Of a DNA stretch of 64,000 nucleotides, positions 1-10,956 are shown in pieces. The position numbers and the translations under genes are program-made. Source of the DNA: Octopus vulgaris (Eukaryota); the NCBI GenBank assembly GCA_951406725.2, contig OX597815.1:32736001-32800000 (forward strand), read 5' to 3'. The stretch's first letter is position 1. Each line of letters opens with the position of its first letter. The notes beneath the pieces were generated by a model. The model saw only the letters and a program-made list of their open reading frames with translations. It had not been told where the DNA came from and did no database searches.

Positions 1-108
1 AGACGTGTGGCTTACTGGTTAGGGTGTTGAGCTCATGATTGTAAGGTTGTGGTTTCGGTTCCTGCACCAAGCGATGCGTTGTGTTCCTGAGCAAAACACT
101 TCATTTTC
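1..108 (+). mobile_element. tRNA-headed SINE 5' part (family C)
   Basis: A-box-like TGGCTTACTGG and B-box-like GTTTCGGTTCC, then GTGTTCCTGAGCAAAACACTT; similar to 6849-7104 and 23768-24108. Confidence 0.75.
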
Positions 109-110
109 AT

Positions 111-388
111 GGAGGCACATGGCCTAGTGGTTAGAGCAGCGGATTTGCAGTTGAGGGATCACGGGTTCGAAACTCGGACCAGACGATGTGTGTATTTATG
201 AGTGAAACACCTAAGCTCCACATGGCTCTGGCAGAAGGTAATGGTGAAACTTCTGCTGACTCTTTCGCCACAACTTTCTCTCACTCTTTCCTCCCGCATC
301 TTGCAGCTCACCTGCGACAGACCGGCGTCCCGTCCAAGTGGGGAACCTATACGCCAAGAAAATCGAGAAGGAACAAACAAACCCGAGG
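111..388 (+). mobile_element. tRNA-headed SINE (family B)
   Basis: GGAGGCACATGGCCTAGTGGTTAG head and GGTTCGAAAC B-box; body similar to 54240-54624 and to the reverse complement of 2884-3191. Confidence 0.8.
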
Positions 389-969
389 AAAATAAGTAGG
401 GCTGCAAATTTTGGTTCTGCACTCCGCAAAAATTCTAGGGAGTGTGCTTGCACCCCCTGTTCCAGGCCCATGGTTGTACTAGGAAAGGTGTCCTAAATTT
501 CTTTTTTTTTTATAATTCTAAAGTATTCCTCAATATGTTAGTTATCTTTCACTGAACTGACCTACTTCATTCAAGTCGTTATGTATTGTATACACAAAGG
601 ATAAAAGTTTGTCATATCACTGTAAACACTCTATGTAAAAGGTTTCTAGTTGATGACCAATGAAATTTAGACATTTCATATTTACTTATATTGACTCTGA
701 ATATATTTATATTTATACGGAATAAATGAAATCCGTCTGCTGTTGCTTGTGCAGTTTTAAAATAAATCAAACACCATTAATTTGGTCTCCTGTCAGTTTT
801 TTTTTTTTTTCATTATAATACATTTAGTGTGGTTTTTTTTTTAATCTCATTTTCAATCAGAATGTACATAAAGGTAAGTGAAGTGCAGTTCTCATATGAC
901 ATTCCTTGATCTGAAGTTTTGAGTCAATGAAAGGAGATACAGAAGGACATTTCAAACAAATATCAATGT

Positions 970-1374
970 TACTCTCTCTTTACTCTTTTACTTGTTTCAG
1001 TCATTTGACTGCGGCCATGCTGGAGCACCGCCTTTAATCGAGCAACTCGACCCCGGGACTTATTCTTTTGTAAGCCCAGTACTTATTCTATCGGTCTCTT
1101 TTGCCGAACCGCTAAGTAACGGGGACATAAACACACCAGCATCGGTTGTCAAGCAATGCTAGGGGGACAAACACAGACACACAAACACACACACGCATAT
1201 ATATATATATACATATATACGACAGGCTTCTTTCAGTTTCTGTCTACCAAATCCACTCACAAGGCTTTGGTCGGCCTGAGGCTATAGTAGAAGACACTTG
1301 CCCAAGGTGCCATGCAGTGGGACTGAACCCGGAACCATGTGGTTGGTAAACAAGCTACTTACCACACAGCCACT
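970..1374 (-). mobile_element. tRNA-headed SINE (family A, about 400 bp, internal (TA)/(TG) tract, AAGAGT-type tail)
   Basis: Minus strand starts TGGCTGTGTGGTAAG...GGTTCAGTCCC; nearly identical to 28345-28758 and to the reverse complement of 18796-19222. Confidence 0.9.
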
Positions 1375-1850
1375 TAGGTAAAGTTTACAAAACTGTATAA
1401 ATGTATGGTAATAATACTCAATAAAAAGTGATTTAAATATACACAATGGCTTTGGAAGTAAGATTTCAAACTAAGTTCATATCCTATTACAAGAACTGAC
1501 TGTGACTTTGATTGTGACACAGAACTCAACCTCATCCCACCTCATTAACCTGTACAGAAGGAATTAAAATTAAAGTGATACTAGAGCAGAGCAGCAGTCA
1601 CAAGTAGTTGAGTGTTTCGTAGCTACACAATCTCTTTTGTAATACTCTGCTACTCATGACTCTCTTCTGAAAGTGATTTGGGAGTCATAACAAACTCTTC
1701 TCAGTCATATTGTCTCTTCATGACACTAACACATTAACTGTTCCTAGATAAATAATAATAGTTTCAATAACAATGTTAATAATAAATATTTCAATATGGA
1801 GGTTAGATTTTAGTGATTTGTTTTCTGCATACATGGAATATTTAAATAAA

Positions 1851-2040
1851 TTACGGCGATGTACTTGCATAACAAGTAACCTGATCTGAGATCGTGTACT
1901 AGAACAAAAACAATTGCAGCGTGGAAGGTGTTTATAAGCCATTTAAGAAACACACAAAAACCGTTAGAGTCACTTCAACATTCAAATTTAATTTGTCAAA
2001 ATATTTTCGTCACTTTGAGACTGCGACCTGTTCACTGACA
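1851..2040 (-). mobile_element. Single arm of the HHR(G3-C8)-bearing fold-back family
   Basis: Aligns along its length with 19735-19926 and with the reverse complement of 60398-60588. Confidence 0.85.
1994..2040 (-). ncRNA. Type-I hammerhead ribozyme motif, G3-C8 core variant
   Basis: Minus strand: UGUCA-GUGAACA-G-GUCGC(agucucaaa)GUGAC-GAAA-AUAU-U-U-UGACA; stem I, stem II and palindromic helix III all pair. Confidence 0.7.
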
Positions 2041-2639
2041 TAAATCCCAGAAGACTCAAAGACAAAGTTGAGTGGTGATTGAAATAAGAAATTCATCTAA
2101 ATAAAATGCAATAAATTTACTTTGGTACTGGTGCCATTTGGAAATCTGTGGATTAGCAACACATTGTCAGTGATTCTAATTCATTTAGGACCATAACAAA
2201 ATTATCAAATTTTTTTCTCAAGGTTAAAAAAAAAATGTGCTTATCAGAATGGAGATGGAATGTAAATAGACTATGGATGCACTTATATGGAGTATGGATG
2301 CAAATGTTATATGCCAATAGTGATATGATATGATATGAGTACCTTACACAGAAGATCACTATGGAAATATGTAGAGAGATCAGATCTGAAAATGTTGGGC
2401 TTCACAGATGACACAGGATGAAGAGAAGTGGCATATCCATCTAACTCATGCTGACATGAAAATATGGTCAGTAAAATAGTAACGATGCAGAAAGAAGATC
2501 CTGATAATAAGTCAACTGTAAAGCATAATCTCAATTTATATCTAATTAAATATTCTTCAGAATAATGAAGTTACAGCACACTCTAGATAAACTAGCTAAT
2601 TAAATGTTGCTACTACAACAGCCTCTAAACTACTTGTTT

Positions 2640-2815
2640 GCATACAGTCTTCATCCTTTCCTCCCGTCTCTTTTAATAACTGTATGAAATCGTTTTCCTG
2701 GTCGTCTTTCCTTTACCAGAATTGTAACTCTATGGAATTCCTTCTCTCTATGTTTCTCCTACAGACACCAATGCAGTAGTCAGGTAAACTGAATGTCAAC
2801 CACATCAATCTAACC
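2640..2815 (+). pseudogene. CR1-like LINE 3' end remnant
   Basis: Reads FTRIVTLWNS...LNVNHINL, resembling the C-terminus of CR1-group ORF2. Confidence 0.5.
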
Positions 2816-2883
2816 AATTTGAGAGATCTTGCAAAGTGTTCAGGGATTTCCCTTTCTTCACAGACTAGTTTATAATACATATA

Positions 2884-3191
2884 TCACGTGATCACGTGAC
2901 CAAACAAGACCATCAGATGTTGCTACACGTCGCTGGTCACAATGCGTTTGCATTGTTTTAGCCTTCGAATGACGCCACCCCGCTGGCTAAGCGAGCAGGC
3001 CAACAGAAAAAAGAGTGAGAGAAAGAGAGGTGAAAGAGTACAGCAGGGATCACCACCCCCTGCCGGAGCCTCGTGGAGCTATTTTAGGTGTTTTTTGCTC
3101 AATAAACACACACAACGCCCGGTCTGGGAATCAAAACTGCGATCCTCCGACTGCGAGTCCGCTGCCCTAACCACTGGGCCATTGCGCCTCC
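2884..3191 (-). mobile_element. tRNA-headed SINE (family B)
   Basis: Minus strand begins GGAGGCGCAATGGCCCAGTGGTTAGG, matching the head at 54240. Confidence 0.85.
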
Positions 3192-3744
3192 ATATATAAT
3201 ACATATATATTTTTTAAAAATCAACCTTAATATGAGGAAACTTGCTTGAGATCATCTTTGGTTCCATGATATCAACTTCTGGTTTTAAAGTGGTCTAAAT
3301 TAAAATCTACCGTTAAGATTTCATGTTAATCTTTGTTCCAAACAATATAATGACAAATATACTTTCCTAAATACTTCATTATTTTCAAAATTAATTGAAA
3401 CAAAAACAGTGTATCTCAACAAAAATATGGTAATGATAGGGTTTACTAATTGACTTTTAAAACATTCATTAGAAAGTTACTGGGACATGTAGAAGCAGGA
3501 TAGTAATATGCAATTGGTTTTATCAAAAAGCTTTTGTTTGAAAGCAAATGAGGAAAATTTTATTTACTATTTTTCACTTTAAACATTTTTTTTCCTTCTC
3601 ATGCATTTTTATTTCTAGTAATAATTGTTGAAACTTTTTTGTTTTAGTATATCAATTAAAACATAGAATTAAGAGTGTGTCTATAGTTGTTGCATTTTTG
3701 TATGGTTGTGTCCTTTCAGATCATCTATGGTCAAGTGAGTTTTT

Positions 3745-4265
3745 GATACAATTTACACAGAACTTGAAAAATCTGTAGGAACAAGTGTTGCAGGAAGACA
3801 TATAGGTTATAATGAGGTATTGTATTTTATGTACAGTGTTGAGTTGAAACAAAAAGTGGAGTATTGAGGGTGGTGAGGGTGCTAAAGGTAGGACTGATAA
3901 GAAGTGCAATAAAGTCAACAAATTTGAAGGGTAAATTAGATAGTAGTATCATTAGAGGAAGCAGAGAATACTGTAAGGGTGAGTATTTTCAATAAGGAAA
4001 TGTTGTTTTTGTTGAGCGTATCTCTGGTCAACTATGTTGAAGACATATGGCACAGAAGCAACTAACAGTATGTGTAAAAGCAATCGATATCTTCAATCTA
4101 TGTAGATATAAGATCTTTGGTTGTTTACTTTGCAGGAGACTTCACTATATGATCAGCATTCTAGGAGGGGATCAGCTTATCAATATTGAGGAGATACTGT
4201 TTTAGGAATCAGAACCTGGAATGGGGTTTCATTTTAAAGACATTTCAGAATTTGCTGAAGATCTG
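3745..4265 (-). pseudogene. Degenerate CR1-like LINE remnant
   Basis: Frameshifted peptide traces resembling an ORF2 C-terminus; weak. Confidence 0.35.
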
Positions 4266-6174
4266 GCTGATACATTTACTAATTCACTATCACATAAATG
4301 ATGTCTATATGAGGACATATGAAGAATAAACTCATACACGCATACACACACACATGCATACATATATATACACACAACCTACGCATGCACGCACGCACAT
4401 ATACACACTCTCTTGCATCCACATACATGTACACACAAGGGCCTTTCATCCAGTTCCTGCTTGCTAATTTCAATCACATGGTATTAATCAGTCAGCTTCA
4501 GGCAATAGTAAAAGACACACGCACTAATTTTGGAGAGAAAATGCAATGTGCTTACCACTTTTTTGTCAGATTAAGCACTGTGAACATTTTATTGCAATAA
4601 ACTAATGCTTCTACCTTCACAATTATCTCACTTGTTTCCAAAATAAATTGTTTACTACTCAACTCCAACAGATAGGACATTCAATAACTGTCAAACATAT
4701 AAATGTACTCCATTTAGATTTGGAGTTTATGACAAAAATTAGCACAAAGAATACCAACAATTGTTAATTAGCAGCTTGAATTTTAAATAAATTACATTAG
4801 ACACTATATGGCTTTTAATAATTACTTCAAGTTGTGATGAGAACAGAAGCCTAACATTTTTGATAATGGAACATGCCTGCATGATTCAGGACAGATGTTT
4901 GAAGTAAAGGAGAGGCTTTAAAGCTTGGGTAAATTAAGACCTGAATTTGGGGCACACTATTTGGAATTAAAAAAATAAATGTTTTTAACTTAGAATATGA
5001 AGGTTTATAAATATTTAGCAACTAACTTGGCAGTAGAGCAATAGCTAATTGGTCAATGAATTGGGTGTAACCAAGTTTCAAATTTATAGCTGATGTTAAT
5101 GCGAACTTTTATATTATTAATGCCATTGAGAAAGTCATAAAAAGAGAAGAATCTAATTTAAAAGCTAATCTAGAATGGATGAAGCCTACTAAGTTTTAAT
5201 AAAATAAAGAAAATGAAACCCTTGGTAGCTGAGTACAAAGTTGAAAAAAAGTATTGAAATTTTTTGAGTAAAATAACTAGTGATCAAAATTAAAAATCAA
5301 TGAAAAATAATCAGGAATGTTGATTATAGTTAGGATGGAAGCTGTATAGTCAATCTGTTCAAATTCTCTTAGAAACTGGAAAACTGACAGAAACTATTAA
5401 CAATATTGATGACAAATAGTTGGATCGCTATTTGTCTTTCATAATTTCATTCATAATTAGGATGCATTTTAGGAATATAAATTGCTTCAGTGTTCACTTG
5501 GCTAGTACTTTATTTTATAGACTATGGAACAATTAAAGACAAAGTTGACCTCAATACCATTCGAGCTGAAAGCACGAAAGGCCACAGCTAAAAACTATGA
5601 AATATTTTGTTCAACAATCAATCATAATGATAAATATTTATGTTGAGACACTCATGCAATAAAACTAATTTCGTGACTTTTTATAACCAGACATTTACTG
5701 ACTGGTTGTTTATCTCCTGCACAATCCTGACTGAGCAGAGACATTCTAGTCATGATCATCCCATCATTTTTTCAGGATTAGTGAATGTGGCATTATGTCA
5801 TGACATCATGTAATATTACCCACCTTTTCTTTTTTGAAAACACCAAAGTGTAATGAGGGAGATTTGGCAGTTATTTCCAGCAGGTTGTGATTCTCTTGTT
5901 AACTCAAATATTAGAGAAGTGTACCTATTAGATATCAGTCCTACTGATCTTCACCCAGAAAATCAAATCTAGTATTAATGAAATGACAATATAAACTCAG
6001 AGCAAAGCGGAGGATTTTGTGCTAAGGAAAAATGTTTCAGCTTCCAATAAATTTTAAAGTACAGTAAAAAACATACTGGGTACTTTTACATTTAATGAAT
6101 AAAGGACAAGGGCTAGAATTTTGATTATCAATTCAGGGAATCAGCATAAGAACATATCGAAGAGTTATATCATT

Positions 6175-6700
6175 ATCATTTTTACATCTACTTTTCTTTG
6201 CTTGCATGAATTGGAAGAATGCTCTCCAACACAGCATCCTATTGTTAGTTGTGTTCCTTTGTGAGGTTCAGCTTCTTGAGATCAGCTCTTAACATTTCCT
6301 TAGTCTTCCTTTTCCAGTACCTTCTTCTGCATGAATCTCTTGGCACTTCTTCAGTCATTTGTCATAATCTACACACATGTCCATACCAGTATAGCTGTCA
6401 TTCTTGTAAATTACAATTTATTCCATTCATAATCCAGTTTCCCTTTCAGTAAATTTGTGCCTTGTTGTTCATGCACACTAAAATTACTCATTCAATGAAT
6501 CATACTTGTTTAATTTCTAACAGATGCATATGCTTGCATCCAATGTCCAAGTCTCAATACCATATAGCATTGCTGTTCATATTCATACATTGTATAACTT
6601 ATCCTTTGCTCAGACACAAAATCACTTTGTTATCAGCAAAGGAAATAACTTCTCTTTTTCCACCTTATTCTAATTCTGGCTACTATGCTTACAACTCCCG
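6175..6700 (-). pseudogene. RTE-like LINE 3' remnant
   Basis: Minus-strand traces like VRADLKKLNLTKE and the RTE-type tail (CTTTTCTTTGCTTGCATG next to a (CAT)-like repeat). Confidence 0.5.
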
Positions 6701-6848
6701 CCTCACTGGTTGTTTAGGTTGCCTAGATAACAGTAGCTATCATTTACTTCTGAGCATTGCAAGGAATTTATTTACTGGTGCTTTGAGGGCTAACTACTCC
6801 TATATACCTATCATAGGTAAAGTTTATATTTGCTATTAACCTGTCTGT

Positions 6849-7104
6849 GGAGGCGCATGGCTTAGTGGTTAGGGTGTCAGCACCATGATCGTAAGAGTGT
6901 AGTTTCGATTCCTGGACCAGGCGACGCATTGTGTTCTTGAGCAAAACACTTCTTTTCACGTTGCTCCAGTCCACTCAGCTGGTAAAAATGAGTAATGCTG
7001 CGATGGGCTGGCGTCCCATCCAGCTGGGGAACACATATGCCATAGAAACCAGGCCCAAGAGCCTGGCTAGGCTTTAAAAAGGGCGCATTTATTTTTATTT
7101 ATTT
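6849..7104 (+). mobile_element. tRNA-headed SINE (family C)
   Basis: GGAGGCGCATGGCTTAGTGGTTAGG head and (TTTA) tail; approximate TSD ATTAACCTGTCT/ATTAGCCTGTCT. Confidence 0.85.
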
Positions 7105-7119
7105 ATTAGCCTGTCTTGA

Positions 7120-7770
7120 TTCCACAACACTTCTTGTTCATCAGTAGATCACATTGGATACACCATCAGTAACTTTTACCCACGACTTGAATATTGAGCA
7201 TAGCCATTTCTTTGATGGTATCAGAGTCATGCCTTCTTCCCTGTTTACTAAAATGTTAGTCTTGCTAAGTTTACTCTGAAGCCTTTTGGTTCTAGGTTTT
7301 GTGTCTATGTCTGGGATTATTTCTCTAAAGCTTCCAGTCTCTACTATTAGAACTTAGTCATTAGCATATAGGAGTCCCCATGGGCAACCAATCTGAAAAT
7401 TCCTGTTTTGACCTAGAGGACAATAAAAAATAGGAAGGGGTTGAAAATGTGCTTGGTGTTCACCTATATTAACTCCAATTTCCTCCCTGAATTCATTACC
7501 AATCCTCATTTTACTAACTCGATCTTTGTATGTGGCTTGCACTGCCATGTTCACAATCATTCATGAACTCCCGGTTTCCTAAGAGACAACTAGCCTATAG
7601 ATCAGTGTCCCTTCTTAAAGCTTTCTCCAGATCAACAAATGCAAGATAGAGAGAATTACTTTAGGCTTCTCTATTGCTGTTTCACAATAAAGAGAGCTTC
7701 GGTAGTACACTGAATTGGGAAAATTCTAAATTGCATCTCAACTAAATGGATCCTCTTCTTAATCAATTTT
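7120..7770 (-). pseudogene. RTE-like reverse transcriptase fragment
   Basis: ORF 7354-7560 reads ...GNEFREEIGVNIGEHQ...GCPWGLLYAND (decayed YADD motif). Confidence 0.7.
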
Positions 7771-8097
7771 ACTGTCATGTGGGTGATTGATCATTTTACT
7801 GTCATGTGGGTGGTTGCTTGTTGGTGTGTAATGTATTGTTGAAGACCACTGTCATGTGATCTGGTTGGCTGTGAGCATAATAAAGGAAGAAAACTCATGA
7901 ACTTTTAAAATATTTATTTATGGACATGATATACTGTGTTGGCAACCTAGAAAAGAAAGATGCAGATACAATAACCACCAGCAGAAAGGAGAGAACTTCA
8001 CTGTGTCTTCTGGAAGGTTAGCTGCGGTACAGTGTGTGTGAGTGTATGAAGTTGTTTCTTGCTTGAGGTGGTCTGCCTGAGTGCCCCATATGCAGAC

Positions 8098-8232
8098 AAT
8101 TCCCACATGGCCTCAGACTCAACACAAAGGCCTACATCAAGTCCCTGGAGGAGGTTGTGCTGCTCTGGGTCAAGAGGGTGCCTGCTGGAAGACCCTATGT
8201 CTAGCAACAGGACTTTGCACCATACCACACAA
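8098..8232 (+). pseudogene. Tc1/mariner (maT/DD37D-like) transposase fragment
   Basis: FPHGLRLNTKAYIKSLEEVVLLWVKRV..GRPYV*QQDFAP; close match to 55690-55822. Confidence 0.8.
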
Positions 8233-8276
8233 TTGTCCTGTCTGTAAGTCATCTGTCAATGAATTGACTGCCTACT

Positions 8277-8385
8277 GAGTGCCCAAGGTGGTCTGCTTGA
8301 GTGCCATGGTGGTCCTTTCAAGTGCCCAAGGTGGTCTGCTTGAATGCCATGGTGGTCCTTTCAAGTGCCCAAGGTGGTCTGCCTG
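8277..8385. repeat. 43-bp minisatellite (about 2.5 units, each made of two 21-22 bp subunits)
   Basis: GCCCAAGGTGGTCTGC recurs at 8281, 8324 and 8367. Confidence 0.9.
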
Positions 8386-9202
8386 TGAGTTAGGCCCCAA
8401 ATTGTTTAAGTAGGATAAAGAGGAGGTGAATTTTAGATCATCCAAGAAGCCATATCACACCAGAGCTTCACGCTGATTGGTTGATCTATAGATCACTCAT
8501 ATGGCTCACTTGTATTCTCAGACTGAATATTTTGTGGTTGGAGTGTGAATCCATACAGTACTAACACTCCTGTTACATTCATAACTTGGTTCAACAGTGT
8601 GTTACTTCTGTAGTTTTTTTTTTTTCTTTTTTCAAGAGCATCTCCTTTGCCCTTGGGACAGTTGGTCTGACATCTCTCAGGACAGTTTGGTTGACTATAA
8701 AGGTGATTAAAAGAGATTGGTCATCTATCTATCTGCCTGTCTATATATCTATCTACAAGATGGGTGAAAAGTAAGTAGGCATTAAAAATTGGTAACAAAA
8801 TCAGTATTCCTTTTAAAAATTTATTGAAACAAATGACACATGTTCTTTATTACATGGAAAAATGGAAGTGGAAAAGTGGACATTGAAACGACAATGATGA
8901 GGATAATGATATGAACGAGAAAAGAGAGGACCCAATACAGAAAATATAATTTATTGGAAGCTGAAACTTTACCAATTCATACTCCGTGTTATTCTGATAA
9001 TCGAAAATATATGTATATGTACACACACCTTTGTTTCATTTGTCTTTAGAATTCTAACGGATTATCCCATTAGCTACATAGAGAATCCTAACAGAGCACT
9101 TACACACAGGCAAGCGCCAACAACATTCTGAGTCTGATATACACCCACATCATATCAGTATGATAAATAATGGGAATAACAAAATGATAATGATGAATCA
9201 TA

Positions 9203-9988
9203 GGAAAGACTTCCTCTCGTCCCCCACTATTTTATCCCGATTTTTCTTTCTTTTTTTTTTTGGGCAAAAAAACCCATTTTCGGATATGGAGATTCTGGAA
9301 AATTGCCAAAAATCGGCATTTTGAAATTTCGCCACCCCACAATTTCTTCATTTTTCACTTTTTCCCCTGACCCTAACCCCGGATCTTTCCGGTTTGAATG
9401 GCAGTTTTTTTCTAGCGGTGTCATATGAAATTGTCACCCATAATTATGACCTTAGTATCGATCTATTGCATTTCAATCTCTTTTAGGGTTAGAGGTGGGG
9501 GAAAGGCTATCTTTTTTTCTTCACAAATGTAAATAAACCCAATCTGTTTCTTAAACGAGGGACATATTCATACGGCACAGAATGTTTTTTACCTCAATAG
9601 ACGTCAGTGATTGGTTGAAATTGCAGAAATTTAAGAAAAAACAACAAATATCTTACAAACTATAGAATTTTCTCGATAAGGCCAAGAGAAAAAGATGTTT
9701 TAGAAACGCATTCTACTAGTATACGAAGTTTAAAATTTTTTAGTTACCTAGAAATTATGTTAAAAACTGCCGTTCAAACCGAAAAGATTCCTAACCCCTA
9801 ATCCTAAAACCCTAGTTAAAAATGAAGAAATGAAGGAGGGGGGGTAATTTCAAAAGCCGATTTTAACAAATTATTTTGCAAATTCGTATTATCCGTAGCC
9901 GAAAACGGGGGTTTGTGAAGAAAAAAAAGTTAAATTAAAAAAGGGGTGTTTTTTTTTTGCGAGGAAGGGGTACAAAGGAAGTCTTACC
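9203..9988. mobile_element. Long-TIR MITE with (CCCTAA)-like centre
   Basis: Ends GGAAAGACTTCCT / AGGAAGTCTTACC; further inverted blocks (TTTTCGGATATGGA vs TCCGTAGCCGAAAA; AAAATCGGC vs GCCGATTTT; ATTTCTTCATTTTT vs AAAAATGAAGAAAT); no clear TSD. Confidence 0.7.
9381..9790. mobile_element. Nested MITE with 29-bp TIRs and 8-bp TSD
   Basis: TIRs GGATCTTTCCGGTTTGAATGGCAGTTTTT / AAAAACTGCCGTTCAAACCGAAAAGATTC; TSD CTAACCCC at 9373-9380 and 9791-9798. Confidence 0.85.
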
Positions 9989-10779
9989 AAAAGGGGAGAA
10001 ATGATACATTTTCACGCAAAGTTATGAAAATCCTTAGGAAACGTCAAGTTAGGAAAAATAATGTAATTTCCCGCGCGTACTGTGTAAATGTTAAGGGTTC
10101 TGCGTGAGGTAACTGTTGGCAGAGCGGGCTAGTGTCCCTCCCCCATATAGCACAAACTTGTCAAACTTCTGTATTACGCGTAAAGGATATTAAACGATGT
10201 AATTATAACTAACAAGAAGCGAATAAAACATTTAGCAATAAACAAAATATTGAAAAACACACATAGATAATCCCCTTAAAATAAGTGTACGTACGCGTGT
10301 ATTTGTGTGTGTGTGTAGATACAAATATTCATATATTAGCTTTGTAACTATTATAAACATATAAGCACTCTTGAGAAATAAAGTAACACACACACATATG
10401 TATGGATAATATTAGTAGTATTGATATAGTTCATACATAAGGTGTAGCTGGAATAAAATATTCCAAAAGGTGTGAAATATGAAATTCTGCTTGGTATTAA
10501 GGTTAGCTTTCATAAATATGTTTTGGTTTCCAGAATAATAAATAAATATATGTGACGTTTATAAATACATTAGTGGAAGCAACTCCATATACCTTTTTCT
10601 TGCAGAGATAGGACATTTCTGTTGCATAATATTTTATATATATCTTATGTTAACACTGTTTCAGTAAACAGGAAAAAAAAAAAATATATATATATATATT
10701 CAGAAAGAAATAAAGAAAGAAAGAGACAGAGAGAGGGGATAGAGGGAGAGAAAGAGCAACCATTGGAGTAATCTAATTG

Positions 10780-10956
10780 AATGGTATCGCCCAGGAAGGG
10801 GGAGAGACGGGTTGTTAAGCTATCTCCTCGTCTTCGATGTTGTGCTGCTCCACGCTTCTATCGACTCCAAGGAAATGTAACCAAGTGGTCTAACTTCCTG
10901 GATTTAATTTCGTGGTCGGTGCCCTCATCGGTGCCAACCAAGGACTTTCGAAATGG
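10780..10956 (+). other. Candidate first exon ending ATG-G at a splice donor
   Basis: Unique CpG-rich block ending GAAATGG|GTAAGA (donor GT at 10957-10958); 5' boundary unknown. Confidence 0.4.

Noticed and set aside
1146-1349. Repeated small ORF (also 28520-28723, 18774-19167, 33353-33796)
   Set aside because: Read-through of SINE family A; the repetition reflects the SINE, not a gene family
8277-8385. CRISPR-like repeats
   Set aside because: Contiguous tandem units without unique spacers, in eukaryotic DNA
9365-9815. Telomere or chromosome-fusion site
   Set aside because: Only a few degenerate CCCTAA units, contained within a MITE
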